Below are positions 20,111 to 30,501 of a DNA stretch of 64,000 nt, piece after piece. The position numbers and the translations under genes are program-made. The notes beneath the pieces are model-generated. The model searched no databases, was not told the DNA's origin, and saw only the letters and a program-made list of their open reading frames with translations. How positions within the stretch are numbered: position 1 is the first letter of the stretch; the number at the start of each line of letters is the position of its first letter. The DNA is from a virus (lineage: Duplodnaviria > Caudoviricetes): IMG/VR virus record IMGVR_UViG_3300043372_000294, positions 32,744 through 96,743 of that record; one strand, 5' to 3'.

Positions 20111-23100
20111 TCAACCAATCTGAGTGAACATAAAGCTTGATCCCGCTTTTATTCTTGTTTCATCGCTACCTGATGCTAAGTTTCTTCCAAAAGCCAAATT
20201 CAAGATAGGTACAGAAGCGCCACTAGTAAACGAACCTTTTATTATTATGACATTGGGGGTTCCAAGGGACTTCACACCCATAGATAAAGCATTTGTGCCT
20301 GTTATTACATCACTAGTAAAAGCCGCCCCGCTGGTGTCTATCCCGCTTGCATACCAAGACAAGTCTGAGATGTTATTAACATTGAATTTTAATTTTATGT
20401 CCGCAGCGGAATTCCCTGTTACATACAAAGTCCCCTCAAATATATATTTTGCATTCTGTTTTCCGTTATCAAATGTAGCGGCAACGACATACGCTGAACC
20501 TGTAGAGGCCGTAGATACATCCCCATTGAAAAGGTATGGGGTCTGTTTGATGACGGTTTGATAGTTGGGACCTAGGGCAGGATTTTTGTTAAATGATGTA
20601 ATACCCCCTACTGCTATCTCCACACTCGTATCTTCTATCTTGACCACTTCATTATCACAAATCCCGTCAAACAAAATGTCTTGCAAGCTACAAGGGCCTC
20701 TTTCAAGACTGGCATGATACCGCTGCGTTTTAAAAGTGCATGACCCTGACGCGCTAGGGAATGCTACAAGGCGGGAAGTATCGGAAGGGTTTTTTGCGGA
20801 ATATTCTGCATCCGCAATGGAACCTGCTGCTCGGAAAGTGGTAGGGCTGTTAGCAAGTTCTCCCCACCAATAGCTATTTGCTGGAGCGGCTCCATCCTTA
20901 TTGGGTTCAGGGGTTATGCCCCAGTCGGCCCAATACACTTTTTGACGAGTGGTGGGGACAACGGCATAATAATCAATACCAGTAGAAAGGCCTGTAGGGA
21001 GAGGCCCTGTAACAGTCCAAGACGAATATGTTCCAGCACCGGCACCGGAATAGGCACTGCCTGTTATGACACCAGTAGTAGAATTGTAAGAGCTGACCAA
21101 AATATTTATGTAGTTGGTGGAATCATACGAGACAGTTATTGTCTGGGATGGTGTGCAAAAGAAAGGAGTTGCAACAGTGAAAGACTTCTCACCAAAAGAA
21201 ATCTCTAGTGAACTAGAGGAAGTGGTTTCATTACTAAAACGTATTCTAGCCCCTGTTGTCAACAGGTGCTTATTACTGCCATTTATAACTTTAGCATTTA
21301 CAAGATGAGTACTTGCCGTCGTATCAAACTTCCCTCGAATGACAGTAAGAGTAGTTCCTGATACTGCAGTTACTAACATTATTTCTAAATCAACCAGCAG
21401 AAGTGATCCAGCCGCTATACCTGTAGCAGAGGTAACTGTAATCGAAGTAGCACCAGTACTGGTTATTGCAGCACTGAGGTTAGTACCACTACCAACGACA
21501 TAAGGCTCCTCATCTGTATTAGCTACTACTGAACTTGAGGTAATATCATAAGATCCGTTAAAAGTGGCAATACCGCTTAGAGCATGAGTGTTTCCGATAT
21601 GGCCTTGGTTAAGGGAGACATTGTTGATAGCGCCCTGATTTGAGTAGGGCTGGATAGTTCCCGAAAGCGTGCTGGCACTCGTATAAGAAATTGCAACACC
21701 GTTTATGGCGTCAATATACGTTGCAGCTAACTTCAAGTTGGGGGAAGAGTCTATTGCAAAATAGTATGTGCTATTTGAAAACGGAGGATCAAGTGGGTGG
21801 CGATTATTATTAGAGTCATCCACAATAGCAGGAGAAGTAATCTTTACGCGTGTGCCGGTGACAATAGTATTAGTTCCGGGAACAGGAATTGTCGTAGTAT
21901 TAGTCCCAGTAAACTGCACAGTTACAGCTGTTGTTGAATTCGGGCTAGTCGCTTTAGAATAGCCGGTGCTTATATCAAAATCACATTCTCTGATCGAAGG
22001 TTTGCCATATGATCCATTGACAAATCTAACACCGCTAAAAAACACCCCGCGATTTCCCGCCACGGTAAGAGTGGTTCCCCCTCTCATAGCAGGCGAAGGT
22101 ACATAACTATACCCATCAAACTTTAAGAACTGTTGTCCAATTGCTTCCTGAGGATTATGCAGCATGGACTGTGAGAAATAACTATTCCTTGAATAAAGCG
22201 AGTTTGCTGTAGGATCAGGTTGAAGCCAAATATTGTCACCAAATGGATATATAGAAAAGAAGTTTTTGAAATGCATATTGTTGGTATCGTCAGCAACAAC
22301 TGTGTCCGACATATCAAACTGGGGATACGAACTCCCATCCCCACTTGCAAACAAATACACAAAATCAATTACCGCCTCCCGAATGCTCTGGTTCAACTTC
22401 AAAGCAGTACGAGCAAAATGATGGATACGAACATTACGCAGCAAGAACCTATTCTGGTACTGATACTCAAGCCCCCCAATATCAATCATCCTTCCTCGTC
22501 CATCTAGGAAGAGATTTTCTATGAACGAACCGTCAACATGGTTGCTTTGGATGTAGGAGGTGTCTGTTGGACCTCTTTTTACGGTTATGAACTGATTAGC
22601 AATAGTGCCGTTTACATGGTAGGCGGCAGTGACTCCGGAAACCGTAGTCTCTATGGGAGCAAGGCGGGTCAAGTTTTGACCGGCACCCGTAATATGCATA
22701 GGAAAATTGTAAGAGAATGGTTGACACTTGTAAAAGCCTTTTGGCAGTACGAGGGTATCTCCTCTGGTTAGCTCAGGCGTTTGGCCTGAAATATAAACAG
22801 TGCCGTTATTATTCAACACCCCAAAAGCCCTCTTTATGGCAGGGGTGATATCCGTAACAGAAGCATATGTTGGATCAAACACGCCAACCGCAATGTTGTC
22901 CTGAAACTCTCGGATATCAACAGCATTCTTATACTGTCGATCTGTCCAGCCAGTGTCGTAGTCGCTGTTTGAAATTTTTGATAAAATTTGCCCTTTCAGC
23001 CCGCCTGTTGGAAAAATTGTAGCATTACCCGGATCATCCGTATCAACCCAAAGTAAATTTGTAGAAGACGGAGCCTCATTTTGAAATACAACATTGCTCG

Positions 23101-23275
23101 GTCCTGCCGCTCCCTGTGGTCCCTGTGGTCCCTGTGGTCCCTGTGGTCCAACAGGACCAGAATTGCTAGAACCTACAGCAATAATAGTATTATCTGCTGA
23201 CTGAACTAATGTAATATTATTATCTTCTTTTAATATAATATTATTATTTTCTCTTAAAATAATAGACTGGTTCAT
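20111..23275 (-). CDS. Tail spike/fibre with pectate-lyase-like beta-helix (putative depolymerase)
   Basis: 1054 aa; GPQ repeats, VDIREF...D.TPAI..A...LVLPKG.Y...ITGAG...T.L tailspike entry motif. Confidence 0.75.
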   Translation of the reverse strand: MNQSIILRENNNIILKEDNNITLVQSADNTIIAVGSSNSGPVGPQGPQGPQGPQGAAGPSNVVFQNEAPSSTNLLWVDTDDPGNATIFPTGGLKGQILSKISNSDYDTGWTDRQYKNAVDIREFQDNIAVGVFDPTYASVTDITPAIKRAFGVLNNNGTVYISGQTPELTRGDTLVLPKGFYKCQPFSYNFPMHITGAGQNLTRLAPIETTVSGVTAAYHVNGTIANQFITVKRGPTDTSYIQSNHVDGSFIENLFLDGRGRMIDIGGLEYQYQNRFLLRNVRIHHFARTALKLNQSIREAVIDFVYLFASGDGSSYPQFDMSDTVVADDTNNMHFKNFFSIYPFGDNIWLQPDPTANSLYSRNSYFSQSMLHNPQEAIGQQFLKFDGYSYVPSPAMRGGTTLTVAGNRGVFFSGVRFVNGSYGKPSIRECDFDISTGYSKATSPNSTTAVTVQFTGTNTTTIPVPGTNTIVTGTRVKITSPAIVDDSNNNRHPLDPPFSNSTYYFAIDSSPNLKLAATYIDAINGVAISYTSASTLSGTIQPYSNQGAINNVSLNQGHIGNTHALSGIATFNGSYDITSSSVVANTDEEPYVVGSGTNLSAAITSTGATSITVTSATGIAAGSLLLVDLEIMLVTAVSGTTLTVIRGKFDTTASTHLVNAKVINGSNKHLLTTGARIRFSNETTSSSSLEISFGEKSFTVATPFFCTPSQTITVSYDSTNYINILVSSYNSTTGVITGSAYSGAGAGTYSSWTVTGPLPTGLSTGIDYYAVVPTTRQKVYWADWGITPEPNKDGAAPANSYWWGELANSPTTFRAAGSIADAEYSAKNPSDTSRLVAFPSASGSCTFKTQRYHASLERGPCSLQDILFDGICDNEVVKIEDTSVEIAVGGITSFNKNPALGPNYQTVIKQTPYLFNGDVSTASTGSAYVVAATFDNGKQNAKYIFEGTLYVTGNSAADIKLKFNVNNISDLSWYASGIDTSGAAFTSDVITGTNALSMGVKSLGTPNVIIIKGSFTSGASVPILNLAFGRNLASGSDETRIKAGSSFMFTQIG

Positions 23276-23610
23276 CTAGTAATATCCTTCTCAATATAGG
23301 CAGGGCCGGTGAGAAGCGTAGTCACAACAGATCCATTGACTTCTTGTAAATCCCAAACTGCATTAGCAGGAGAAAGAGCAGCAGTAGTAGTAGCTGATAG
23401 CGTACAAGCAAAAATGCCGTTAGCAGCATTGACGATTGCACAACTAAAAGTAGCAAGAGGAGCAGAAGAACTAGCCTTAGCTCTGACCTGCGCTGAGTAA
23501 GTTCTACCCGTAATGTTAATCGGAGTGCCAGTAGAATTTTGACGAGTCACAGTAACTGTCTCAGTATCGCCAATCTTAATATTTAATGGATAATTTGTAG
23601 GCTTACTCAT
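23272..23610 (-). CDS. Small baseplate-upper-like adaptor protein
   Basis: L.I..GDT...INITG.T..AQVR....WDLQ.....TLL.G......DITR; paralogous frame to 18917-19594. Confidence 0.6.
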   Translation of the reverse strand: MSKPTNYPLNIKIGDTETVTVTRQNSTGTPINITGRTYSAQVRAKASSSAPLATFSCAIVNAANGIFACTLSATTTAALSPANAVWDLQEVNGSVVTTLLTGPAYIEKDITR

Positions 23611-23619
23611 CTCTCTCCT

Positions 23620-24132
23620 TTATTCAAAGAAAACACTTCCACTAACAGCACCAGCAGAAACGTCAATATAAATACCTGTATTGAATGGGATCTGCCCCCA
23701 TGCAATTGATTGGTTCTCAGTTAATCCAAGATGGATGTGGAAAACAACAATTGGACCTCTGTAAACAGTATGGACACCAGAACCTGCGCTAGTAGTATTA
23801 ATAGCTGCACTGCCCTTATTAAAGGAAAGTTGGAATGTATTAATGTCCACATATTTTACATAATAAACGGTATTGACTGCAAGACCAGCAGGAAGTGAAC
23901 CAGTAGAACTGAAGATAACAGTGTCGCCTTCAACGAAACCATGACCATTCGCTGTAACTACAGCAGGGGCAGCATTTGAAATAGTGCAAGTGCCTACAGA
24001 TGCACCATAAGCACTAAGGCCATCAATGATATTTATAATTGTCCCATCAAGACCGCCAGCGACATAGTAGCCGTTCATAACTACTCTGCCATTAACTACT
24101 AGACCATCACCTACAAAAGTTTTATATTGCAT
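23620..24132 (-). CDS. Structural-region protein with inserted beta module
   Basis: HGF.EGD.VIF.STGSLPAGLA.NTVYYV module inserted into a frame paralogous to 24136-24399. Confidence 0.55.
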   Translation of the reverse strand: MQYKTFVGDGLVVNGRVVMNGYYVAGGLDGTIINIIDGLSAYGASVGTCTISNAAPAVVTANGHGFVEGDTVIFSSTGSLPAGLAVNTVYYVKYVDINTFQLSFNKGSAAINTTSAGSGVHTVYRGPIVVFHIHLGLTENQSIAWGQIPFNTGIYIDVSAGAVSGSVFFE

Positions 24133-24135
24133 ATT

Positions 24136-24399
24136 TTACTCCCAAAAAATACTGCCAGTAGCAGTGCCAGAAACAACTTCCACAAAAATTCCTTCATTAA
24201 AAGGAACTCCTTTGAAAGAGTCATAAAGAGCAGTGCTAGTAGTTGCCACTGCAATTCTGAACACAGGATTTCCCGCACCAGTTGCATTATCATGAATATG
24301 AACTACAGCAGTCGCTGTTGCTCTAATTGAAAAACCATGAATAATTGCAGGACTAGAGACAATAATAGTATTTCCGGTATTAAATGTTGTATATTGCAT
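24136..24399 (-). CDS. Small beta-rich protein (paralog of 23620-24132)
   Basis: Both start MQY.TF and end PFN.GI.V.V..G...GS.F.E. Confidence 0.6.
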   Translation of the reverse strand: MQYTTFNTGNTIIVSSPAIIHGFSIRATATAVVHIHDNATGAGNPVFRIAVATTSTALYDSFKGVPFNEGIFVEVVSGTATGSIFWE

Positions 24400-24411
24400 T
24401 TTTAATTCTCC

Positions 24412-26100
24412 TTAAACTGGCGGATTGGAATCTTGCTTAGATCCTCTTTCCGCTCTTCCTGTAGTTGCATCTGCCGGTGACGATTCTCCAGCAGCACTAT
24501 CTTGACTACCCTTTGGCGGACTTCCCGCTGCTGAATTAGAGTTCCCAACCGGAGCGCCCTCAGCCTTCGGCGTCTGTTCCCCGCCAACCATAACCTGACC
24601 CATATCAAAGCGATTCTTCTCTTGAGCAATCTTGGTGGGATAAGGAAGAACAATGTCTCCCTCTTCAAGCGCAGTAAGTCCAACCTTAAGGCGAACCTCA
24701 TTAGGAGTCATAACTTCAGTACGAAGATAACGATCCCAAATTCTAGAACGAAGATCTTCATCAATAACATCGATCTCATCAAACTTGAAAACTTTTTTGT
24801 CAGAAAACTCTTGAACAATACGATTGATTTTTTTTTCAAGGATTTTCTGATCCGGTCCTACAACCTGATTTTTAAACGTCTTATCTGCATCTCTAGATAC
24901 GGCAAGATTAGCATTGTCATAAATGCCAATCTTAGGAGCAGGCACTCTATTCGCAACAGTGATCTCATCGCGATTAGCTTTGCGATATTTATCAAAAGAA
25001 CTATCTTGAACTGTATTCTCAAGTTTTTCAAACTTAATATCTACATCACGGCCAAGAGTGGCAGGAAGAGGGATGAAAAGAGTTCCGTGATTATTTCCTT
25101 TAATTTCATTCTTAAAATAATTGACAATTTCAGTTTTTGATTTTTGAGAAAGATTTGCACCTTTAAGAATAATTGCATAACGAGGAATGCTTTTATTTTC
25201 AAAATAATCAATGTTATATTCTTTAGCAAACTTATCGCCAATAATAGCACTAAGCGCACCTACCGCAGAAGGAATACCATAGTAAGTATTAGTTGGTGAA
25301 TACTGTCTAAAGTGAATAATTTCATTAGGATTTGGATCACTGCCAATTGGATCTTTAGTATCCATATCTTGAAAATTTCTAAAGAAAATAAAACGAGCAG
25401 CAGAGCGTTGAACGAAACCATCTCTTGCTCTTCTAATTCTAATATGAGTCGCTGGGATATGTCCTACATAACCAATTGTGCCATTTCTATTTCGGCCAAT
25501 TTCAAGATATCCATTGCCAATAGTAAGATAGTCAACCCAAACTTTAATAAGTACTTCAATAAAACTTTCGTCAATATTGAAGGCATCAAAAAGTTCGTTC
25601 AAACGATCTTCTTCTCTTTGAAGTTCATCACGAAGTCTTGCTAACGTATCGCTATTCTTTCCGGATGCTTTCTCAACTCTTTTACGACTTTTGGAAGTGT
25701 CTTCCCATCGATATCCAAGAGCAACAGTATTCATAGTCCTAGCAAGAATACTTGCATTATGAGTAGCGCTTTCTTCATAAAGAGAAGCAAGAATTTCTAG
25801 ATTATAGGGAGGTTGAACAAGATCAAACATCCCATAACCATTAACAACTTCTGGATCGACATACTTAGATCCAGTCCCGCTTTTGCCAGAGTTATATTGC
25901 GGAGCACTATATTTTTTATTAATTTTACTTAATTGATTTTTAATCTTTCGACTTTGAAAAGCAGGATCAATCGGTTTACTAAAAATATCTTTATCTTCAG
26001 TAATTATTTTTGAAATATTTCCAGTATAAGAACTAGTTACATCATCAATTTCGATAATATCATTTCTTTCTTCAACCAATGAAGCGGCAATTCTTCTCAT
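24412..26100 (-). CDS. Portal protein
   Basis: 562 aa; GNGYLEI.RN..G....HIPA..IR, NEIIH...Y.P...YYG.P, YFEN..IPR, MTPNEVR..GL. Confidence 0.95.
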   Translation of the reverse strand: MRRIAASLVEERNDIIEIDDVTSSYTGNISKIITEDKDIFSKPIDPAFQSRKIKNQLSKINKKYSAPQYNSGKSGTGSKYVDPEVVNGYGMFDLVQPPYNLEILASLYEESATHNASILARTMNTVALGYRWEDTSKSRKRVEKASGKNSDTLARLRDELQREEDRLNELFDAFNIDESFIEVLIKVWVDYLTIGNGYLEIGRNRNGTIGYVGHIPATHIRIRRARDGFVQRSAARFIFFRNFQDMDTKDPIGSDPNPNEIIHFRQYSPTNTYYGIPSAVGALSAIIGDKFAKEYNIDYFENKSIPRYAIILKGANLSQKSKTEIVNYFKNEIKGNNHGTLFIPLPATLGRDVDIKFEKLENTVQDSSFDKYRKANRDEITVANRVPAPKIGIYDNANLAVSRDADKTFKNQVVGPDQKILEKKINRIVQEFSDKKVFKFDEIDVIDEDLRSRIWDRYLRTEVMTPNEVRLKVGLTALEEGDIVLPYPTKIAQEKNRFDMGQVMVGGEQTPKAEGAPVGNSNSAAGSPPKGSQDSAAGESSPADATTGRAERGSKQDSNPPV

Positions 26101-26432
26101 ACTAAACCTTTACGTTTTAACTGTTTTGCAACATCAACAGGATCGGGAATATGTCCATCTAAGAATCTTTCCATATGATCATCTGATTCATTATCAGTGA
26201 CTTTCCTACTGCCAGAAGACCAGAATGCACTTCCGAGCAGAGCATCTCCACCGATATAATGAACTGCTGCGTCCAACATCTTTCTTTCAACAATTGGGTC
26301 ATCCAGATAACCTTCCATTGAAAGAAAACGATTATATTCGTCGCCAATAAAGTCGCCATTTGGCATACGCCAGAGGCAGACGCCACGTATATCTTCTTTT
26401 ATAACTTCGATTCTCTTAAGTCTTTTTCCCAT
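26097..26432 (-). CDS. Hypothetical protein coupled to portal gene
   Basis: 111 aa, ATGA overlap with portal. Confidence 0.7.
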   Translation of the reverse strand: MGKRLKRIEVIKEDIRGVCLWRMPNGDFIGDEYNRFLSMEGYLDDPIVERKMLDAAVHYIGGDALLGSAFWSSGSRKVTDNESDDHMERFLDGHIPDPVDVAKQLKRKGLV

Positions 26433-26485
26433 ACCACTAATATTATCACAGATAATACGTTATCAAGCAAGAAGTACTACCAAAA

Positions 26486-26523
26486 ATGACAAAACTATAC
26501 CAGTTTTGGTATAGTTTTGTCAT
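26486..26523. terminator. 17-bp-stem hairpin after nrdJ
   Basis: ATGACAAAACTATACCA-GTTT-TGGTATAGTTTTGTCAT. Confidence 0.6.
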
Positions 26524-26540
26524 AAAATGGTACTTTTTTG

Positions 26541-28562
26541 TTAAATTTCGCAAGTATCGTTGCTACAGTACTTCTCACCTTCTGCATCAAGCGAATTCCC
26601 TGCGTACAAACCTGACCACCCAATGCCCTTAATCTTCTTCACTGAGGTATTCCAAGTATCAATGTCAATGCGCTCATAAGGCATTTGAGCATAAGCTCCA
26701 CCAACCTCAAGCAGAGGAAGCATGGAGACTGATTTTAACTGACCATCAATCGAACGCAGTAAGGCACTGATCTGACTCTTCTCATCATCAGTAAACGTCA
26801 CAGTGACTGACACCTGATTATCCGCCCAATAACGCTGAGCAAGAATTGCCAGAGATGCCTTTTCCCACATTGATACCTCACGCTCAGTGCGAACATCAGG
26901 ACCGACAGTAGGAAGTTCAACTACTACGCTATGAGTCGGGTCCATAACATCAGGCTCCGACTTATACCCAGCCTTGGCCAGAGCATCAAGAAGAGGATCG
27001 TTTGAAGCAAAGCGCATACGACGAATATAAACATCTGCAGTAGGCCAATGAACACCGGGGGTCACTCCAAAGAGCAATGAGACGGTCCCAGAGGGCTTCA
27101 CAGACGTTGTTTTGATAGAAGAGCGACATCCAAGCCACTCTGAGTATTTATTGTCCAAAACCTGAATATTATTGTATCCGGTATCAAGCCAAGTACGAAG
27201 TTCAGTCCATCCATGCATCTCAGCAAAATGAGCAAGACCAGACACTGAGCAACCAATGCGACGATTACGCTGCATGATAGCATTCGTCTCAGGCCAATGG
27301 GTGGGAAGCAAAGTTACAGACTTGGCATAAAGATACGAAACCTTCAGAGTCTTATTGAAATCTTCCAGCGAATCATGGCGAGAAATGAAATTCTCAACAA
27401 GAGTACAGCACTCTCCAGACTCAAGGGTCTGCTCAGAGCAGGGGTTAGTACCAGCAGCACGCCAATCCTTGTGATCTGCAGGATCAACAAGACGGCCAAA
27501 CTCACGACAAAGATCAAGCCAAACAATTCCCGGCTCTCCATTATCAGCAATCAATGTGGCAATATTATCAAAATTATCACCAACATTTGCAACAATAGAA
27601 TTGTTCGAAGTATGACCCCAACCATTTGCCCCCATACGTTCAGGATTGATCTCCCAGTTCTTCAGATTAAGGAACTCTTCATCATCTGCGCTACCAAGGG
27701 CAATCTCAGCAGAACGACGAACATTGCCGGAGACAACACACTTACCAATCTTATTCTGGATATCTACAATGTCAGTGGCAGTAATTCTTTCACCCGCACG
27801 GTTATCAAACTGCTTCTTGAGAGAAAAATGAAGGTCAATTAGCGGACCCGGACCAGCAGCGACTCCGCCAAACCCCTTGATAGGCTCACCCGAAGGCCTC
27901 ACCTGACTATAGTCAAACTCAATAGTATTTCTATTAGCAAAGAAGTATGACTCAAGAAGAATCGAGACAGACTCAAACCATCCTTCACGAGAATCAGGAA
28001 CAATAAAAGTTTTGATTTCAGAATTAGGCTGATGGATCTCAAGCTTCCCCGCACCCTTAGTATCGAAGCCAACACCCACGCCAAGCATTGACATCTCCAT
28101 AAGACGAACAAAAGGCCAAACAGCATCATGGACGCTACGAGACGAAATGCTTTCCGTAGAAAGGAAAGAGCAATTCTGAAGTGCTGCAGAATTCTTGCCA
28201 GCATGAACAAACTCAGTGCCCATCATCCAAAGGCCACGACCGGGCGGAGTCCACTTACCAACAAAAAGACGCTCATAAGCATCCTGCGCAGTTGCCTGAG
28301 CCTTACGCTCATTCCACGGAAGACGATTCTCCTTGCACCAATCCTTCTGGATAGTGAAAGTTCCTTCGATAACTCTCCTACAAGTTTCCAGCCAACGCTC
28401 TTTCGTGCCATCAGATTTGCGACGAGAATATTTAGTTAAGAATGTAAGTTCTCCAAGAGAATTACCACCACCAATCGGAAATCCCCAAGGAACCTGTCGA
28501 TCCTCATAAGATGAAACAAAATCATCAGCCAATTTGAAACTAAGAAAATCTGTATTGCCCAC
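26541..28562 (-). CDS. nrdJ: Class II (B12-dependent) ribonucleoside-triphosphate reductase
   Basis: WTPPGRGLW, L.NC, VVSGNVRRSA, GTNPCSEQ.L...ECC.L.E, VKPSGTVSLL motifs. Confidence 0.95.
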   Translation of the reverse strand: MGNTDFLSFKLADDFVSSYEDRQVPWGFPIGGGNSLGELTFLTKYSRRKSDGTKERWLETCRRVIEGTFTIQKDWCKENRLPWNERKAQATAQDAYERLFVGKWTPPGRGLWMMGTEFVHAGKNSAALQNCSFLSTESISSRSVHDAVWPFVRLMEMSMLGVGVGFDTKGAGKLEIHQPNSEIKTFIVPDSREGWFESVSILLESYFFANRNTIEFDYSQVRPSGEPIKGFGGVAAGPGPLIDLHFSLKKQFDNRAGERITATDIVDIQNKIGKCVVSGNVRRSAEIALGSADDEEFLNLKNWEINPERMGANGWGHTSNNSIVANVGDNFDNIATLIADNGEPGIVWLDLCREFGRLVDPADHKDWRAAGTNPCSEQTLESGECCTLVENFISRHDSLEDFNKTLKVSYLYAKSVTLLPTHWPETNAIMQRNRRIGCSVSGLAHFAEMHGWTELRTWLDTGYNNIQVLDNKYSEWLGCRSSIKTTSVKPSGTVSLLFGVTPGVHWPTADVYIRRMRFASNDPLLDALAKAGYKSEPDVMDPTHSVVVELPTVGPDVRTEREVSMWEKASLAILAQRYWADNQVSVTVTFTDDEKSQISALLRSIDGQLKSVSMLPLLEVGGAYAQMPYERIDIDTWNTSVKKIKGIGWSGLYAGNSLDAEGEKYCSNDTCEI

Positions 28563-28643
28563 TATCTCTCCTAAACTAAGTGTCGCATTAAGCGCTTGCT
28601 CGTATCTTGATCATACCATCTATCGGAGGCTTTCCTCCTGATA

Positions 28644-29630
28644 TCAGATGGTTTCGTTAATCTTTTCACCAAGAATATCTATTATTTTTCTACCGATATG
28701 ATCCCACGTTTGTTTTTCGTGGAGAATATTTGCTGAATGAAGAGTCTTCTGCTTGACTTCTTCAAAATTATTATACACATATTTCATTTTATCTCTCAGA
28801 TCATCAAGATCCGGATTAACCCAATCGCCTAAATGAATCCCTTCACCGGGAGCGGGATGGGAATTAAGTGGCACTGACATTTCAGCGAAATCAGCGCAAG
28901 CAGTTGCGTTTGTAACAATAGTCGGAAGACCAGTAGCAATACCCTGAAAAGGAATCAACCCAAAGCCCTCTCCGTTTGTAGGATAAACTAAACAATGTGC
29001 AGTATTATATAATCTAACTAAATCTTCAACATCAATCTTATGATCAATATTATGAATCTGAGGATGATGAGCAGCGCTCTTGAAATCAACGCCACGTTCC
29101 CAGTATCTTGTTTCAGTTGCATCGTTAGACTTCAAGATCAATCTAACATCATCATTGCCATCAAAAAGATCCAAGAAAGCGTCTACAACTCGCTGTCCAC
29201 CTTTTCTTTCAGTTGGGCCACCAATATGTAGGAAAACAAATTTATCTGTTAAATATCGATTTTCTATTTTCCAAAGATTATTGTCAATTCCATGTGGAAC
29301 TAATCTAATAATCTTGTTCACATTGAATGACTCAAAGACATCAACACAATATTGCGAAGTAGTCCAGATTTCGTCCATCTCATTCATTGTATACGGCCAA
29401 CTCTCGGGAATGATAGAAGACTCCCAAGGCGTATAGCCAATTCTATACTGCCTAAAATCGCCGCTATAAAATTCAGGTTGAACAAATGAAATATGAGCTT
29501 TAGTATCTCTAACATCATACGCAACTTGTACACCAGCATTTTGCATTGCCTTGATTGTCATTATGGCAGCGTAGCCATAACCCATTCCGTCACCAAGTCC
29601 CGGTGGACTAAACCAGCTTATTCTGCTCAT
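28644..29630 (-). CDS. Glycosyltransferase family 4
   Basis: RKG...., YP..GEGFGLIP.Q..ATGLP.I.T GT-B motif. Confidence 0.85.
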   Translation of the reverse strand: MSRISWFSPPGLGDGMGYGYAAIMTIKAMQNAGVQVAYDVRDTKAHISFVQPEFYSGDFRQYRIGYTPWESSIIPESWPYTMNEMDEIWTTSQYCVDVFESFNVNKIIRLVPHGIDNNLWKIENRYLTDKFVFLHIGGPTERKGGQRVVDAFLDLFDGNDDVRLILKSNDATETRYWERGVDFKSAAHHPQIHNIDHKIDVEDLVRLYNTAHCLVYPTNGEGFGLIPFQGIATGLPTIVTNATACADFAEMSVPLNSHPAPGEGIHLGDWVNPDLDDLRDKMKYVYNNFEEVKQKTLHSANILHEKQTWDHIGRKIIDILGEKINETI

Positions 29631-29673
29631 ATTATCTCTCTTGATTATTCCTAGATAATCAGTTTACCATAAA

Positions 29674-30078
29674 TTAGAAAAGACCTTCCCAGAAACCTTC
29701 AATTTTTGAAATAGTTTTGGGAAGACTTGATGGATTTTTTGTAGCAATACCAAGATTAGAATAAACACTTCTAGCATCGGCATCATTATCAATAGCTAAG
29801 ACTATATTATCTGCTTTAAGTAATTTTTCAGCATGATTCTTTTTAGACTCTAAAGTAAATTTATGCCCATCTCCAAGGCTATTCATATACAATCTATTAA
29901 ACTTTACACCAGCATTTCTGAGTGCTTTTGTGGTGGAAGATCGTTCCGACTCTGGTCTACCAGTTGAAATATAAACTTTATATTTTTTTGATTTTTCATT
30001 TACCCAAACAATAGTATTATCAATACCATTATTGCCACTGAGTAAAGTTCCATCAATATCTACAATAATTCCAGCCAT
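29674..30078 (-). CDS. HAD-family phosphatase (polynucleotide kinase phosphatase-like)
   Basis: DIDGTL, STGR.E..R..T, K, IDND motifs. Confidence 0.8.
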   Translation of the reverse strand: MAGIIVDIDGTLLSGNNGIDNTIVWVNEKSKKYKVYISTGRPESERSSTTKALRNAGVKFNRLYMNSLGDGHKFTLESKKNHAEKLLKADNIVLAIDNDADARSVYSNLGIATKNPSSLPKTISKIEGFWEGLF

Positions 30079-30107
30079 CTAATATTATAGCATAACTTAC
30101 TTATTAG

Positions 30108-30181
30108 CGCCCCCGGTAGGAATCGAACCTACGACCTAGTGGGTAGAAACCACTTGCTCTAATCCGCTGAGCTACAGGGGC
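30108..30181 (-). tRNA. tRNA-Arg(UCU)
   Basis: GCCCCTG acceptor; AGTGG-TTTCTAC-CCACT anticodon arm; GGTTCGATTCC T-arm; CCA not encoded. Confidence 0.95.
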
Positions 30182-30285
30182 AATTATATTACTACACTAC
30201 CATTTATCGGATCACTACGCTACCATCTATCAGGAAATTTCTACACAGTTCATACTATGGTGCATAGATAATTCACGTTATAGAC

Positions 30286-30501
30286 CTATCGCCCGACCGC
30301 CTGACGGAGCGCGACGACCGCACTGCGATCTCTGAGATCCGGATCGGGGTAGGCGTCCCATGCGTCTGAGGCGTCGGCCCATTCGGTGATGAGGGAACGC
30401 AAACGCTTGATCTCGTCGGCGGCACGTTTGTACAACGTCTCATCCCACGGGCTTGGATCATTGGAAATAGCGTAATGAAGATCATCTACAATATTTCTCA
30501 T
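30286..30501 (-). CDS. Small hypothetical protein (paralog of 30498-30743)
   Basis: Shared ADEI..LRSLI..WADA.D...LR..VGR. Confidence 0.65.
   Translation of the reverse strand: MRNIVDDLHYAISNDPSPWDETLYKRAADEIKRLRSLITEWADASDAWDAYPDPDLRDRSAVVALRQAVGR

Noticed and set aside
26541-28562. Intein or intron in nrdJ or other core genes
   Set aside because: Length and motifs are continuous; no splice-junction motifs seen
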